A DNA stretch of 64,000 nucleotides, taken from Vicugna vicugna. Taxonomy: Eukaryota. The position numbers were made by a program, and so were the translations under genes. Under the pieces are notes generated by a model, which worked only from the letters and a program-made list of their open reading frames with translations, had not been told where the DNA came from and did no database searches. Shown in pieces: positions 1-13,110 of the stretch (positions within the stretch are counted from its first letter, which is position 1; the number at the start of each line of letters is the position of its first letter). The stretch is taken from assembly GCA_013265495.1 (NCBI GenBank), contig MU058591.1, forward strand, positions 62,001-126,000, read 5' to 3'.

Positions 1-374
1 TACAGCAATTTAAGTGCCTCTCCAGGAGATCAAGTGTCATCTCTATCTATACTTCACAGGAGAATATATATTTCAAATGTTGTAGGGAAATCTGGAAAAT
101 TAAGCAATATTTGAGCCATCACCAAAAAAATAAAATAGCAACTTCGCTGTACAAACAAAACAATTAAAGGATACCCAAAGGCTAAATTTCTTATCTTCTT
201 TTCTTATTGCCATGTCTTGTTCATTTTTTTCACATTATTACATTCCACCAGAATAAATATGTACTTTTCTTAAGTACCAAGATTTGCTCAAGAGGCTCCT
301 CTACCTAGAGTCTCAAGGTTAGGCTATTTAACAAACTCAAATTCTCAGGTGCTTACAATAAACAAGTGTTTACT

Positions 375-915
375 TTTTTTAAGATATCAGTTTTTAGAGC
401 AATTTTAGGTTCAGAGCAAAATTAAGAAGAAGGTATAAAGATTTTCTGTACACTTTCTGCTCCTACACATACAGTCTCCTTCACTGCCATCATTCCCCAC
501 TAGAGTGGTACATTTGTCACAGTTTATGAAACCACATTGATACACCATGATCACCCAAAGCCCGTAGTTTGCATTAGAATTACTGAGTGTTGTACATTCT
601 TTGAGTTTGGACAAATGTATAATGACATGTATCCATCATTATTGTACCATGCAGAGTATTTTCACTGCCCTGAAAATACTCTGTTCTCTGCGTATTTTCT
701 TTCTCCCTTGGCAACCACTAGTATTTTTTACTATCTCCACAGTTCTGTCTCTTCCAGAATCTCATATAGTTGGAATGATACATGGTGGAGGCTTTTCAGA
801 TTGGTTTACTTCCCTTAATAATGTGCATTTACAGTTCCTCCCTATCTTGTAATGGCTTGATATTTCACTTTTTTCAGTGCTGTGTAATAATTCATTATGT
901 GGATGTACCCCAGTT
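375..915 (-). mobile_element. Old LINE-1 3' UTR fragment (L1MC/L1MD-like)
   Basis: Motifs such as TTTTAGAGCAATTTTAGGTTCA, GGACAAATGTATAATGACATG and TTTCACTGCCCT resemble the reverse complement of L1MC 3' UTR. Related sequence occurs in + orientation at ~59610-60200. Boundaries approximate. Confidence 0.75.
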
Positions 916-2729
916 AATGTATTGACCAACATAATTGTGAACATACATTACAATCTGTCACTGTGGTTGGATTATATAGAACAGATCAATCACATTTTTG
1001 TTACCCTATACTTTTTTTATCCTCTAAAAAAAAATCACTCCAGTGTTCAAAGAAGTTGTCAGATAAAACACATGGGCACTCACACACATGCACAAGCACA
1101 CACACACAGAGTTAATCAATCACTGAGAGCCTATTTCCACCTTTAGCAAGACTGAAATGTTTAATAATAAACATTTGGGTACCTCAAGGATGGCATTCTA
1201 TTAGAAGTGTTGGTTGTATTATGAAACTAGAACAAGTATGAAATGTGCTCTTACTTTGTGCTCAATGAATACTTGAAAGAACCTTTTCTGTGAATGTTAT
1301 CTCTTGTGAATCTAGAATTGGTTTTAGCATGCCTGGAAATTCTCAGCCTTAGTCACTGTCAAACACATATTTCTTGGAAAGATTATTACCATAGAACCAA
1401 TCTTCAATGTGAGACAACTTTCATGTCTCATTGATAATTCAGACATACTTAGTCTAAGACTTAATTTTCGGTCCTGAATAATGAATACAGAAATTTATGA
1501 ATGGTATTCTCTAATTAGTATTTTATGTTATATTTAGTGCCATACATTTGTCTGTGTGCCTCATGACCTAAAAACTCAATCATGATTATAAAACATGTGT
1601 GGAAGATTTTACACATAGTTCAAATTGGATATGAACAAATTCAACATCATAAGCTTATAATTTAATCAAGCAGACACACTACAAATAAAAAGGAATATTA
1701 ATTGCAAAATATTTCACAAATAAAGTAATGCTTCTGAAGGTATTGCTTGAAAGAAACCGGCAGAAAATGGAAGACTTTGGGGATATCAGTAAAGCAGGGG
1801 CAATACCTCATCTTTCTGTTTCCCTACACATGGCTTCTAGTATGTTATGAATTATAATCCATTTTAGTAAATATTTGTAAGCTTACTAACATTATGAATG
1901 TGAAAGAGAAATGACTGAGTTAAAAGTTATATTGGTTTCCCTAAAGGAATTAAAGTTTAATTTGACATTTATTGATCAGTAAAACCTAGCTGAGAAATAG
2001 TCTTGAAAATTGGAAGTCTTGGAAATTGAATGTAATTGTTACCTCCTACAATTCACTAGAATCATCTGACGTGGAGTGAGGCAGATATGGAAGATATGTG
2101 TCTCTGGCTAGAATCAGCAGTGCAGATCATAGTCAGTAAGAGAAACTGAGGCTTAGTGTATGTAGATAAATATTCAGCTATGGCTTACTTTGAAGAGAAA
2201 TAGGGTCTGCTTGAATTACAAAGAAAGAAAAAGGAAGGGAGTCTCAGGCGTCTCTTTAGGAACTTGTTTCTGTAATCTCCTACGTGGGCATTTGTAGAAC
2301 ATAGTGAGTCTTGAAAATAAGGCCCATTGAAGACTAGAGGGGGAAGTTCAGTAGAACTTAACATAATAGTTGATAATGTGGTTTCCTTTCTTGGGCTATT
2401 TACAATAAAATGTGTTCAAAGCTTTCTACGTGAAATCAGAAGTCTTTAAAAAATTTACTTGAATTTCAACAGCTTAGCAGAAGTGAATCAGGAATGATAG
2501 AGGTGGATTTATTGCCTACCTGAATTGAAGAATAGACAAAGATTGGGAGGAAAAAGAAAAACAGGAGGTGTAAATTATTCTTCTCTGTAGTTTAAAAAAG
2601 AGAGAAAGGGAGAGTTTTGTGTACATGTGAGACTGAGCTTCCCATCATGATTAGGAAAAAAATCCTCTGTGAAAAGATTCCTGCCTGTCTCTCCAAGTGA
2701 TGGTTGCTGTTTGTTTGTTTTACTGTATC

Positions 2730-3090
2730 AACTCTCACTCACTCTACACAAGCCATACTGGCTTTTTAAATATTTCTCGAACATGTCAACCACATCTTAA
2801 CTCAGATCTTTTCCACTTGCTATTGTGACAGCCGGTATACCCATGTAGCTCACTCATCCACACTCAGGATTTTGTATAAATATTCTATTTTCAGACAGGC
2901 TTTCTCTGATCAGAAGCATTCTCTATCATATTACACTACTTTTTCTCTCTTTATAGGACCTATTACTACCTGACGTTATAAAATCAGTTTAAATAATTAA
3001 TTATATGTTTGCTGTTTACTATTCTGCTCCAGTAAGGGCAAAATTTTTTTGTTTGGCATTTGACTAAATGCTCAGCATACAGAAAGAAGT
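2730..3090 (+). mobile_element. L2 3' end fragment
   Basis: CTCACTCTACACAAGCCATACTGGC...TTTTCCACTTGCTATTG resembles a decayed L2a 3' region. Confidence 0.55.
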
Positions 3091-3194
3091 TTATGTATTT
3101 ACAGGGTCACTTTTAAGAAAAAAATACAAAAATTATGAATAAATATAATTTATGAAAATGAATATTTAAGTAAAATGGGAAACTTTGTTTTGTT

Positions 3195-4690
3195 TTGGTC
3201 AGATTTATTGAGATACAATTTACAGACTATACAATTCATTAATTTTAAGTGTACCATTTTATGAATTTTGACAGCTGTAGAGTCTCACATCTACCAGAAT
3301 CACAATAGCACCCCCAAAACTGTCCTTACACATTTTTACAGTCAGTTGTCCACCCCCACCCCAGATTCTAGAAATCTCTATTGATTACTGTAGCTTTGCT
3401 TTTCTCAAACTGCATGTGCACGGACTCATACAGGTGTAGCCTACCTCATCCGACTTCTTTATTCAGTGTCTTCAAGATGAATCCATGCTGTGGCTTGTAT
3501 GAATCGTTCCCCCCTTTTTACTGAGAGTAGTATTTCATTGCGTGCATATACTTCAGTGTTTGGTTTGTTTATTTTACCCACTCATCAGCAGATGCACATT
3601 TGGAAATGTTCCAGCTTCGACTATTACAACATGCCATTGAGCTTTCACAGATGACTGTATACGTGGACATGTATTTTTATCCTTGAAGTGACATTGCTGT
3701 GGCATATTGTAAATGCGTGTTTAACTTTCCAATAAACTTTAACATTGTCTTCCAAAGTACATTCATTCCAGGAGACTATGAGTGTTACACTTGTTCTACA
3801 TTCTCACCAACACTTGGTAGTTTACTCCTTTAAATATTTTGCCACTCCAGTAAGTGTGTTGAGCTACCTCCCTGTGACTAATTTGCATTTTTCTAATGAC
3901 TGATGATGTTAAACATATTCCCTGTGTTCTTTCCCTTGCATTTATCTTCTTTGGTGAAGTGTCTGTTCATACTTCTTGGCACTGCTAGTATACAGAAATA
4001 TAATTGAGACAGAGGAGTTCTAGAAAGAGGTCATTTTGTCATTATGTGGCTTGCAAATAATTTCTTCCAGTCTGTATGAGGTTTGTTTATTTGTTTCTTT
4101 ATATACAATTATTCAATTTTTCCAGTATCATTCATTGAAAAATTACTCCTTGAATTGCCTCAGTACTATTGTTGAAAAGCAAAGATATGGGTGGGTTTAT
4201 TTCTGGATTTTCCATTCTCTTCCATTCATCTAAACATCTATCTTTATGGTCATATCAAACTATCAAGTTTAGTGTCACTTTATAGTAAATCTTGAACTTG
4301 AGTAATATAAATCCTTCAACTTCGTTTCTTTATTTTTTTTCTATTGTAAGTCCTTTGAATTTCAATGCACCTTGAGAACTTGTTGTCAATGTCTACAAAA
4401 CAACAACAAAAAGCCTGCTGGCATTTTGACTGAGATGGCTTTGATCTAAGGATTTGGTACTTTAGTACTGAGTCCCCATAAATTCCTTATGTTTTTAACA
4501 GTTATGAGTGATGTAAGAGGTATTGTAAAATTTCAATTTCTAATTGTTCATTACAAGTATATAGACATACACAGCATTTTTGAAAATTGACTTTGCATCC
4601 TGCTAGTTTACTAGACTCACTTTTCTTTCCAGAGGATTTTTTGGTAGACTCTTTAGCATTTCCTCCACAAATGTGATAAATTAATATAGC
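3195..4690 (-). mobile_element. Old LINE-1 (L1ME/L1MD-like) 3' UTR and ORF2 remnant; appears to resume briefly at ~5145-5240 after the LTR
   Basis: Starts TTTATTGAGATACAATTTACA, followed by antisense L1 hallmarks (CATTCTCACCAACACTTGGTA, TTTGGTGAAGTGTCTGTTCA, TTCCATTCATCTA). Confidence 0.75.
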
Positions 4691-4699
4691 TTTAATCTT

Positions 4700-5142
4700 T
4701 GCATTAGTTTCCTAGAAGTGCTGTAATAAAGTACCACAAACCAGAATGGCTTAAAAAACATAAATGTATTACCTTACAGTTCTGGAGGCTAGAAGCCTCC
4801 AATAAAAGTTTCAGGAGGGTTTGTTCCTTTTGAAGGCATTGAGACAGAATCTGTCTCATGCTGATCTCTTAGCTTCTGGTAACCCCAGGTATTCTTTGGC
4901 TTGTGGATGCATCTCTCTAATCCTGTGTATGTGGGGTTCTCCCTGCATCTGTGTCCTCACATAGCCATCTCCTTATGAGGACATCAGTCATATTGGAATA
5001 GTGGCCCACCTGACTCCAGTATGATCTCATCTTAAGCAATTACATCTGCAATGACCTTATTTTCAAATAAGGTCACATGTCATGGTACAAGGTGTTGGGA
5101 CTTCAACATGTCCTTTTAGGTGACGCAGTTCAATTCATAACA
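4700..5142 (-). mobile_element. MLT1 (ERVL-MaLR) solo LTR, MLT1B/C-like, nested in L1
   Basis: TGCATTAGTTTCC...AAGTACCACAAAC...ACAGTTCTGGAGGCTAGAAG...ATTACATCTGCAATGACCTTATTTTCAAATAAGGTCACA...CATAACA, with TG...CA termini. Confidence 0.85.
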
Positions 5143-8019
5143 CTTCTTTCTGTTCTGTATGTATGCTTTTTTTTTTTTTATCTCTTTGGCTTATATACTT
5201 AATGTGACTTCTAGTACAACACTAAATAGAAGTGATGAGAGAAAATAGCTAAATCATGTCTATGGACCAGCCAGATTATCATGTGAGGATGAGGGGGAAC
5301 CTGTATTTGGGATTAATAAAAACTGAGAATGAGCACCATGAGCAGATTCTCAATAAATGAAATTCTAAGGAATCTGCTTTAGCATAAATTGAAGTGATTT
5401 TATTGAAAGAGAAAGTTCTGAGATACAAGAAGAAAAAGAATAGAAGGAAAAGATAATGATTAATATGTGGGAAAATATAAATGATCTTAGGCTTTCTAGA
5501 ACAGTAATAATACAAATTAGTTAAGTTGAAAAATAAGTTCTAATGTCATACAATGTTTTGCTAAATTATTTGTGAGTTTTGTTTCATGCAGTAAGTGAAT
5601 AAAGATTATTGTGGACTTCAGTTGTGATGTTAGGTTTGCTAGTATTATCTTATTGATTAACCAATAAAAATATGAAAACAGTGGATATAGGCTATAAGGC
5701 AATAAAGGGAAAAACTGAATAATAAAAAGTAAATTAGTAATTTAAAAGAAGGTAAAATAAGAAAGTAAAAAATCATAGAAAAATGTGGGACAAATAAAAA
5801 GTACAGAAGTAATTTTTAAGAAACCCAGTGGATTTAAGTCCAAATAGATCAGAAATTGTATTAAATACACTTATTATTCATCAGTCAAGGGATTTCAGAC
5901 TGGAAAAAATTTCCATAAAAAAAAAAGAAAAATGTGTATCATATTTGACTGTATTATTTTTAAATAATATAAAACACAAAAACTATCAAATTTTCATTTC
6001 TACAGAAAAGTGTATTAATTTTACTTCTATTTGGCAAGCATATATCTAGGAATTTTTTATGATATAATTAACTTTCGATTTATGCATCATATACCTTATT
6101 TCATAGCCGTATTGATGGCTTTGAATGCTGTAGTTTGTACATTATACTAATACTGGCTATTGCAAATAAACATGAACTTTTATAAATTTCAAAACTATCT
6201 TAATCCTTCAATTTTCTCCCTTATGACATCAGGTTGTTAGCCTAGGATTTGTGAAAACACGATATCATTCATTGAGTATAAGTAATGTCTACAGCCATCT
6301 TTGAGGAAAGCTGACCAGTGGACCATGCCAGAATTGAACACTGGAGTAAGTAAGCCCCTGACCTAAGAGACTCCAACCTGAAAGTTTTGCTATGTATAGA
6401 TCTGGAATGGGAGCTCTGTGCACAGGAGAAAGTGTGCCTACTCCTAACAGTTAAGTCCCCTTTGGGAGAGATTGACTTTGTAATGTATGGAAAGAATTTA
6501 ATATAAGTAGAGACACGACAGAAGCCAAAGACAAAGAGAGATTAGCTAACACTGAGGCAGTAAAACTGTGGGATGCTAGAAGCTAGAGGTAAGCAGAAGC
6601 TCTGAATAAATGGAGCCATGAAATGGTGCTAAAATCACAAAAATTCATATAATTTGAGTAATGTGAGCAACCATCTTCCAATCTGAACTAACCTAAAACA
6701 GATTATATCTGGTTTCTTCTCATTCAGATAATGCCTAAAAAAACCTCATCAGCCTATCCCTCCAAAATAGGCAGGAGTTGGGCCTGGAAAGTTGACAGAA
6801 AGGCTACAGAATAGAAAGTCTAAATGTCTGGACATAGAAGAATATATGGTGCACTGAGATGAGGGAAGTAACACAAAATCTGGAAGCTCTGCGTGGGTAA
6901 TAAATGGGGTTGAGGACATATGCAAGGTCCGTATAAGAAGGTATCATATATGTTATCCTACCAAACTTAGATTTTTTTTTTACTGTAATATAATTTTTTG
7001 ACTCACAATATTATATTTCTTTCAGATTTTGTCCTGCAAAACTAATTGGAGACATTGGAAGCTTTTCAGTAGCGATCATGATAATTTTATAAAAATCACT
7101 TTGGTAGCCATGTGGAAGACAGATTACTGAGATCCATTGACAAGTGGATGCCAGTTAGAAATCTGTCACTATGATTGAGGTGAGAAATGACATAACTTTG
7201 CACTAAGGTGGGGACAATGAACATGAGAAGAAAATTAAGTAATTACTATTAAGCACTCTACTAGATTTTTGGGATACAAATATTAAAAATTGTAACCCCT
7301 GAGTAATAACAAACTCATATTTTTGCTAGAAAGTAACAAGTAAACAGGCAATATAGAGTGAGAGGTATTAAGTAGATGTTTCATAAGATGACACAGGCAG
7401 AAAAGGTAACAGATTAGGGGGAACAGCATGCTCAAGAAAAGACTTATTTTACACCCTTATTCTTATCAAACAGGTCTACCCACCCTTTCTATCTTATTTG
7501 AGATTTGTTCTCCACTCTGTAACATGTTTCCAGAATGTACTTCCTCTATTGTTCATTCTCACTAGAAGCAAACCAGCTCCCGTTCTGCATCTTCCGTGAG
7601 GTTTTTCTGCTGCTTACCTTCTCTGAACTCTGTAAGTCTCATCTATATCTTGGGGTTTAATATGTACTTAATACTGGCTATTCGTGGGTGAGTTTTGTCT
7701 TTACTGTTAAACTCTAAAGGCTTTTAGTGAAGGGATCATGTATTTTATGATTTCCATGGGATTTAGTATCTCCCTGGTTATGTTGCCTACAATAAATATA
7801 TTATTAGATGGGTATGTGGAGAAATGGATAGATGAAGGCACGTAATCACTTTTTTGGTCCAGCAGCTAGTCCTAAGTGCCGCTAATTTATATTGAATACT
7901 GGAAGAAAACATAAAAATGTGATTGTCATCAGAATGAAGAAATAAGTCGGGATCTCAAAGATCTATGAGCATTTTTCAGCATACACATTCTCTTCCAGTA
8001 AAACTCAATCAAGTTATTT

Positions 8020-8174
8020 AAATTAAACTACAGTTAATTTACAATGTTGTGTTAGTTTCTGATATACAGTAAAGTGATTGTGTGTGTGTGTGTGTGTGTG
8101 TGTGTACATATATATATATATACACACATACTCTTTTTCTTATTCTTTTCCATTTTTATTCCAGGATATTGAAT
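8020..8174 (-). mobile_element. Short LINE-1 3' tail fragment with internal (TG)n(TA)n microsatellite
   Basis: TACAGTTAATTTACAATGTTGTGTTAGTTTCTG...CAGGATATTGAAT is a typical antisense laurasiatherian L1 terminus. Confidence 0.7.
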
Positions 8175-9399
8175 CAACTGTTGAAAGGATTGCTATACTC
8201 AGCTTTAGGAAATACATCACAGCAGGGCCAGTTCATACACAAACTCTAACATATTTACAAAAGAGGCATTATTGTCCTAAAAGCATTCCAGACCTCTAAA
8301 ATATCCAAGCATCATTCTCTCTCGGAATCTTTACATCACAGTTTCCTTTATTCTTTCATTGAGAGACTATTTATAACATCCCTAATTTGTTCTGGCTTCT
8401 TTAATCTATTGTTCAGTATTTTCACATTATAATTTTCTATCTCTTTTCTCCTTATTATATTAGTTGACCTTCTTACATTGGTGGATTAGAATCATTATGC
8501 ATGTGAGAGCCTTAGCAATTACGGCTTTGAGTGTTAATAAGTATTTATTCTGATTTTATTAGGAATAATGTTATGATGATGTTGAATTACAGAAACGTGT
8601 GAATTGGTTGTGGGCCTCACAAAACAAAGCCTTTGAAACTATTGCCAAAAGCTAAAGTAAACATAGCTAGCTTCTTTAAAAATTTCTTGCTAAAATAAAC
8701 ATACAGAGGTTGTTAAATAAAAGTACTAAAACAAGTTTTCACCTACAGTGACAGTTAGAAGGATAAAGAAATGTGATATTCAGTCTACCATTTCTAAGTG
8801 AAAAGTGTTCTAAGAGCCCCTAAACCCATTTTTATTGTGTTTGCTTTTCTTTAAAAGAATGTTTCACAGCCCTAGCTTAGAATAACTATAATTCTTTTTC
8901 TTTCCCCCAGAGAGACTAGATAAATGACTGTAATGGACAGAAGCTGTTTGTTCCATGACCTAAGACCATGTTCAGATACACAGGTTACTAAAAAGGGCAT
9001 ACTTATATCCAGGTACAGGGCGCTAAGTCATGTATGTGAATAACAATTGGTCTCAAAAATCAATAAAATGCAAGGCTAGTGACACAGGTGATGGAGCTAG
9101 GGTATAATAATACGATGGCTGGCCTTGGCCAAGTAAGTTGTTGTGTATGAGAATTTTCCTTCAAATGAAGTGTTTGACTAGGTAGTCAAGTTAGATCCCA
9201 GTAGCAGACAGGATGGCAAGATATCAGTCAATAAGCTTGCATGTTGCCAATTTCTGAAGATTCTGTGATAAAGGAAACTTATAATGCTCTCCCAATCACT
9301 GAAATAGATGTTAGTTTTTAAAATGTGAGCTAAGAAATGAAAATTTCAGAGATTTCGGTTTTCCCTTCCGGTGCCAACTACTGTGAGGTCTTTATTAAA

Positions 9400-9530
9400 G
9401 CATTTTAACCTCACTGCCTGTTGGTTTCTTAATGTGTGTGATGAAAATGATAATGTCGAACAATTCCTGAGGGCATCGCAATTAACTAGCATTTATAAAA
9501 CGCTTTAAAGAGAGGTGCCATGTGAGAGCA
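9400..9530 (+). mobile_element. Highly decayed MIR-like SINE
   Basis: TTTAACCTCACTGCCTGTTGGTTTCTTAATGTGTGTGATGAAAATGATAAT aligns loosely to the MIR core. Confidence 0.4.
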
Positions 9531-10599
9531 AATTAGTTAATGTAAACCAATAGATGGCTTATGAGCATACCATCTGAATGAGAACTCTGTATCCACTGAA
9601 ATAGCTGGATGTGATAAGAGAGCTGGAATCTAAAAACAAAAGTTTAAAAATCTGGCAATTAAGCCAGAATTCTCAGGGCACATAGGTAGCTAATCATCAC
9701 AACTGCTTTTTTAGAGCATACTGTAACAAGCTAGAAGTTTTATTGTAATCATTCTTTTCAGTGTTGGCTTCCCACCCACAGAACAAAGAGGAAAATGAAG
9801 GATCATCCAATCAGTTGGTTGCAATAACCACCATATTCCTCAGAAATGATTATTTGTATTTATTTATACACACACACACATATATATATTTATATAAAAG
9901 AAGGCTAGGCAGGTGGGAGAAAAAGGAAAGCAGTGATCTGAAATATAAGTGTTAAAAAAAAAAAGAGGTAGATGACTTTCTGTTTAAAATGAAAGCTAAA
10001 GGTGATGTGTAGAGGGTGATTAAGCGGACAGCCGTGCTTAGTAATTAACATTCAGATGACTCACGGTGAGTCAGTAGATGGGTCCAAACAGGCTGGAAGA
10101 GAATCATTCTGTGTCTCCTGTCACGTCCCACATTGTCTTGAGCAGATCACTGCCGGCTGCTTTGCCCTCAGGGAGAAAGAGGGCAGCAGCACAACCTAGA
10201 AGTCAAGGAGCAACCCCAGAGCAGTACCAGCTGGAGCTGGGTGCAGTGGGGAGCTTAGGCAGTGAGCACAGATGGGTCCACCACCCCTGAGAGTCCCCCC
10301 TCTGCATTCTTCCTCAGTTCTGACTTGCAGGATGGTTATAATTCATGGTGCCAGCAGCCAGATAAAAGAGTTGTGTCGTGGGAAGAGGCACAAGAGCCAT
10401 TCTTTGGTTGAAGAAGTTGGCCCAGTAACTAAGTGGGTGAATCAAAGCTGACTGATTTACAACAATATGAAAGTCCTTCAGCCTTGAGACACCCCCACTT
10501 CCCCACTTGCATCCTCTAACCTTAAGGGTGGAGACTGACTGCCAGGGAAGCTCATGGTCCTCAGGGAATAAAGGTCATGAAGATAGTTTAGAATACAAG

Positions 10600-11340
10600 T
10601 GAAGGACCTGTGTACCATGAAACAGAGATCACCATGGACTTGCCTATGCCAGCGTAACCAGAATAAATGAAAAAAGCAAACAAATAGGCATCTAAAATAG
10701 CCTAATAAATATTCCCAGAAATATAAAAGAGCTATTACAAACATTAAGCAGTACCAGGCTAAGATAGGGTCAAATGCATATAAAGGGTATAGATGTAAAA
10801 ACATATATATATATATATATATATGAAATAAACACGAGTGGGTTGAATAACAGAGTGAAAATATTCACAGAATAAGAATGAAGTGATATGATCGTGCAAA
10901 TTCTTTAAAAAACACATCAGGAAGATATAAAAAGAAAGAATAGACAAGTTAAAGTACATGATAAAGTAAAAATAATGTTTTATTCCAGGGGCTCAAAGTA
11001 GTGAAGAGAGTAAACTGAAGACAGGAAATATTTGAAAACTATTATACTCAAGAAATAAATAACATCAGATTGAAAAAGTCGAGAGCCAAGGAGAATTGGT
11101 TTAAAAAAAAACCAAAAAGACACACTGCAGTGAAGCGTAAGCATACAGACCCAGGAGAAAAACTCTAAAACATTCCAGAGAGAAAGAAACAAAGGAACAA
11201 AACTTATATAGGCATCAGATTTCTCAGGACCATGCCATCTGAATAGAAAATCTGTCTCTACTGAAGTTAAGTCAAAAGACAATGGAAATATAGCTTCAAA
11301 TTTCTGAAGAAAAAGATTTTAATCTATAATCTTACCTTCA
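10600..11340 (+). mobile_element. Decayed LINE-1 ORF1-region fragment
   Basis: A-rich sense strand with GGCATCAGATTTCTCA and CAATGGAAATATAGCTTCAAATTTCTGAAGAAAAAGATTT, typical of old L1 ORF1 C-terminal DNA. Confidence 0.55.
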
Positions 11341-11344
11341 ATTA

Positions 11345-11975
11345 AAGTTTACCTTCTTGTAGACAACTTATAGTTGGTTTTGTTTTTTATTTCACTCTGA
11401 CAATCTTTGTCTTTCATTGGTACATTTAGATACATATTAAAAATGATTATTGATATATTTGGTTTAATATCTATCATCTTTGTAACTGTTTTCTATTCAT
11501 TCCATTTGATCGACATTTCCTTTTTCTCTCCTTTTCTGCTTTCTCTGGTTTTAATTGAGCATTTAGATGGTTTTGTGTTATCTCTTCTCTTTGCATATCA
11601 ATTATCCTTTTTATAATTTTGTTGGTGTTTGCCCTAGAGTTTCCAATATACATTTTTAACTTTATATGTTAATCATAGTTACTTAAAATCCCCTGATAAT
11701 TCCAAATATATGTGTCATATCAGAGTTTGGTTCTGATGCTTGTTTTATCACTTCAGATTGTGATGGATTTTTTTCTTGCCTTTAGCCAAGTCTTAAAAAA
11801 TGTCTTATTGAAAGCCAAATATGATGTGTCATGTATCAGGAACTGAGGTAAACAGGTCTTTGGTGTGAAGCTTAATGCTACTTTCTGGGAGTTAGGCTGT
11901 GTTTGCTGTAGCTGTAGGTAACAGAAACTTCCATTTCCTCCACTATTCTTTTCTTTCCCCTCTCCTTTTGACTTT
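11345..11975 (-). mobile_element. Old LINE-1 (L1MC/L1MD-like) internal fragment
   Basis: TTCTTGTAGACAAC...TCTGACAATCTTTGTCTTT...GATTATTGATATATTTGG; T-rich antisense L1. Confidence 0.65.
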
Positions 11976-12739
11976 GATATATAATATTAAGAATAAAGAA
12001 AGAAATCACTAGATTATTTCACAAGATACAAGAAACTAATGTCTTAATATTCAGTAAGTTTTTTTACATTAAACTCTCAGAAGACTTTCTGAAAATAGAA
12101 GAAAACTCAGTGAAGAACTTGATGTCGTCTACATAACAAAACTGTAACACAGACCCACGCTCCGCCTTACACCCACCGGAAACAGGCCTGATTGTTGTAC
12201 TGAATTTGCTCACCTTATTTTAGTTTCTTCGTGTGGAAACTTAGACCATTCATTTACCCATCACAGATATTAAAGAGAAGACACCTGGGAAGCATTTTGT
12301 TTATAAGTAACATCAAAAAGATAGTTGTTATCACCTGTACTTTTTTCGTGGTATCGGTGTTATGACCATAGGGAAATAAAGGCGAAAATATGCGAAGGAG
12401 ACCAACTAATTATATGATAAAACAAAAACAAATAACTCAGGCAATAGAATGTTGCTGTGTGGTTTCTCAAACTTAAGGGTCTTAGTGTACCTTATTTTTT
12501 TCTACTTTCAGAGTCTCTATTGTGCTTGCTAAATTATTTCCAGGGTGCTTAGTTGTATTCAGACCAGAGGGGCAGGGAAAAGGGATTCTATGTTATCCGG
12601 TCTGCAACCGGACTGTACTGATAGATTTGTTTTTTCATCATTATTAAGACTGTTAACCCTGCTTTCTTCTCGTAACCATTGCTATGAGAAAAGAGCTTTG
12701 AGCATCACTCTGGTACTTGGAAGGTAATGCATATTTTTC

Positions 12740-13110
12740 TCTAGATACTTCTATGATTTACTATTTGTTTTAGTGTTTTTACACTTTTACTAAGATTTTC
12801 TAGGTGAATTCTTTTTTAAAATTCACTCTATTTTGAATTTTATGGATTCTAGGAGTCTGTGAGTTCTTTTATTAGTTCTGGAAAATTCCCAGACATTTTC
12901 CTCTCAAATGTTATATAAATTTCATTGTCTCTCTTCTCCTAGTAGGATTTCTACTAGACATATATTTATATACTTTTAATCTTTTTTTCTCTTTGTTCTT
13001 TGATATTTATAAAGTCTTCCCTTCTGTTTTCCACATCGCAAAGTGTGAAGCTCAAGTGTATAGTACTAACAAATTCTCTTGGGTTAAAAGTTTTTTTCAA
13101 TTTTAATAAT
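12740..13110 (-). mobile_element. Decayed LINE-1 ORF1-region fragment
   Basis: TTAGTTCTGGAAAATTCCCAGACATTTTCCTCTCAAAT resembles antisense old L1 ORF1. Confidence 0.45.

Noticed and set aside
6230..6750. Possible ancient LTR (AATAAA at ~6605, TG/CA-like ends)
   Set aside because: Too decayed to assign without a profile search.
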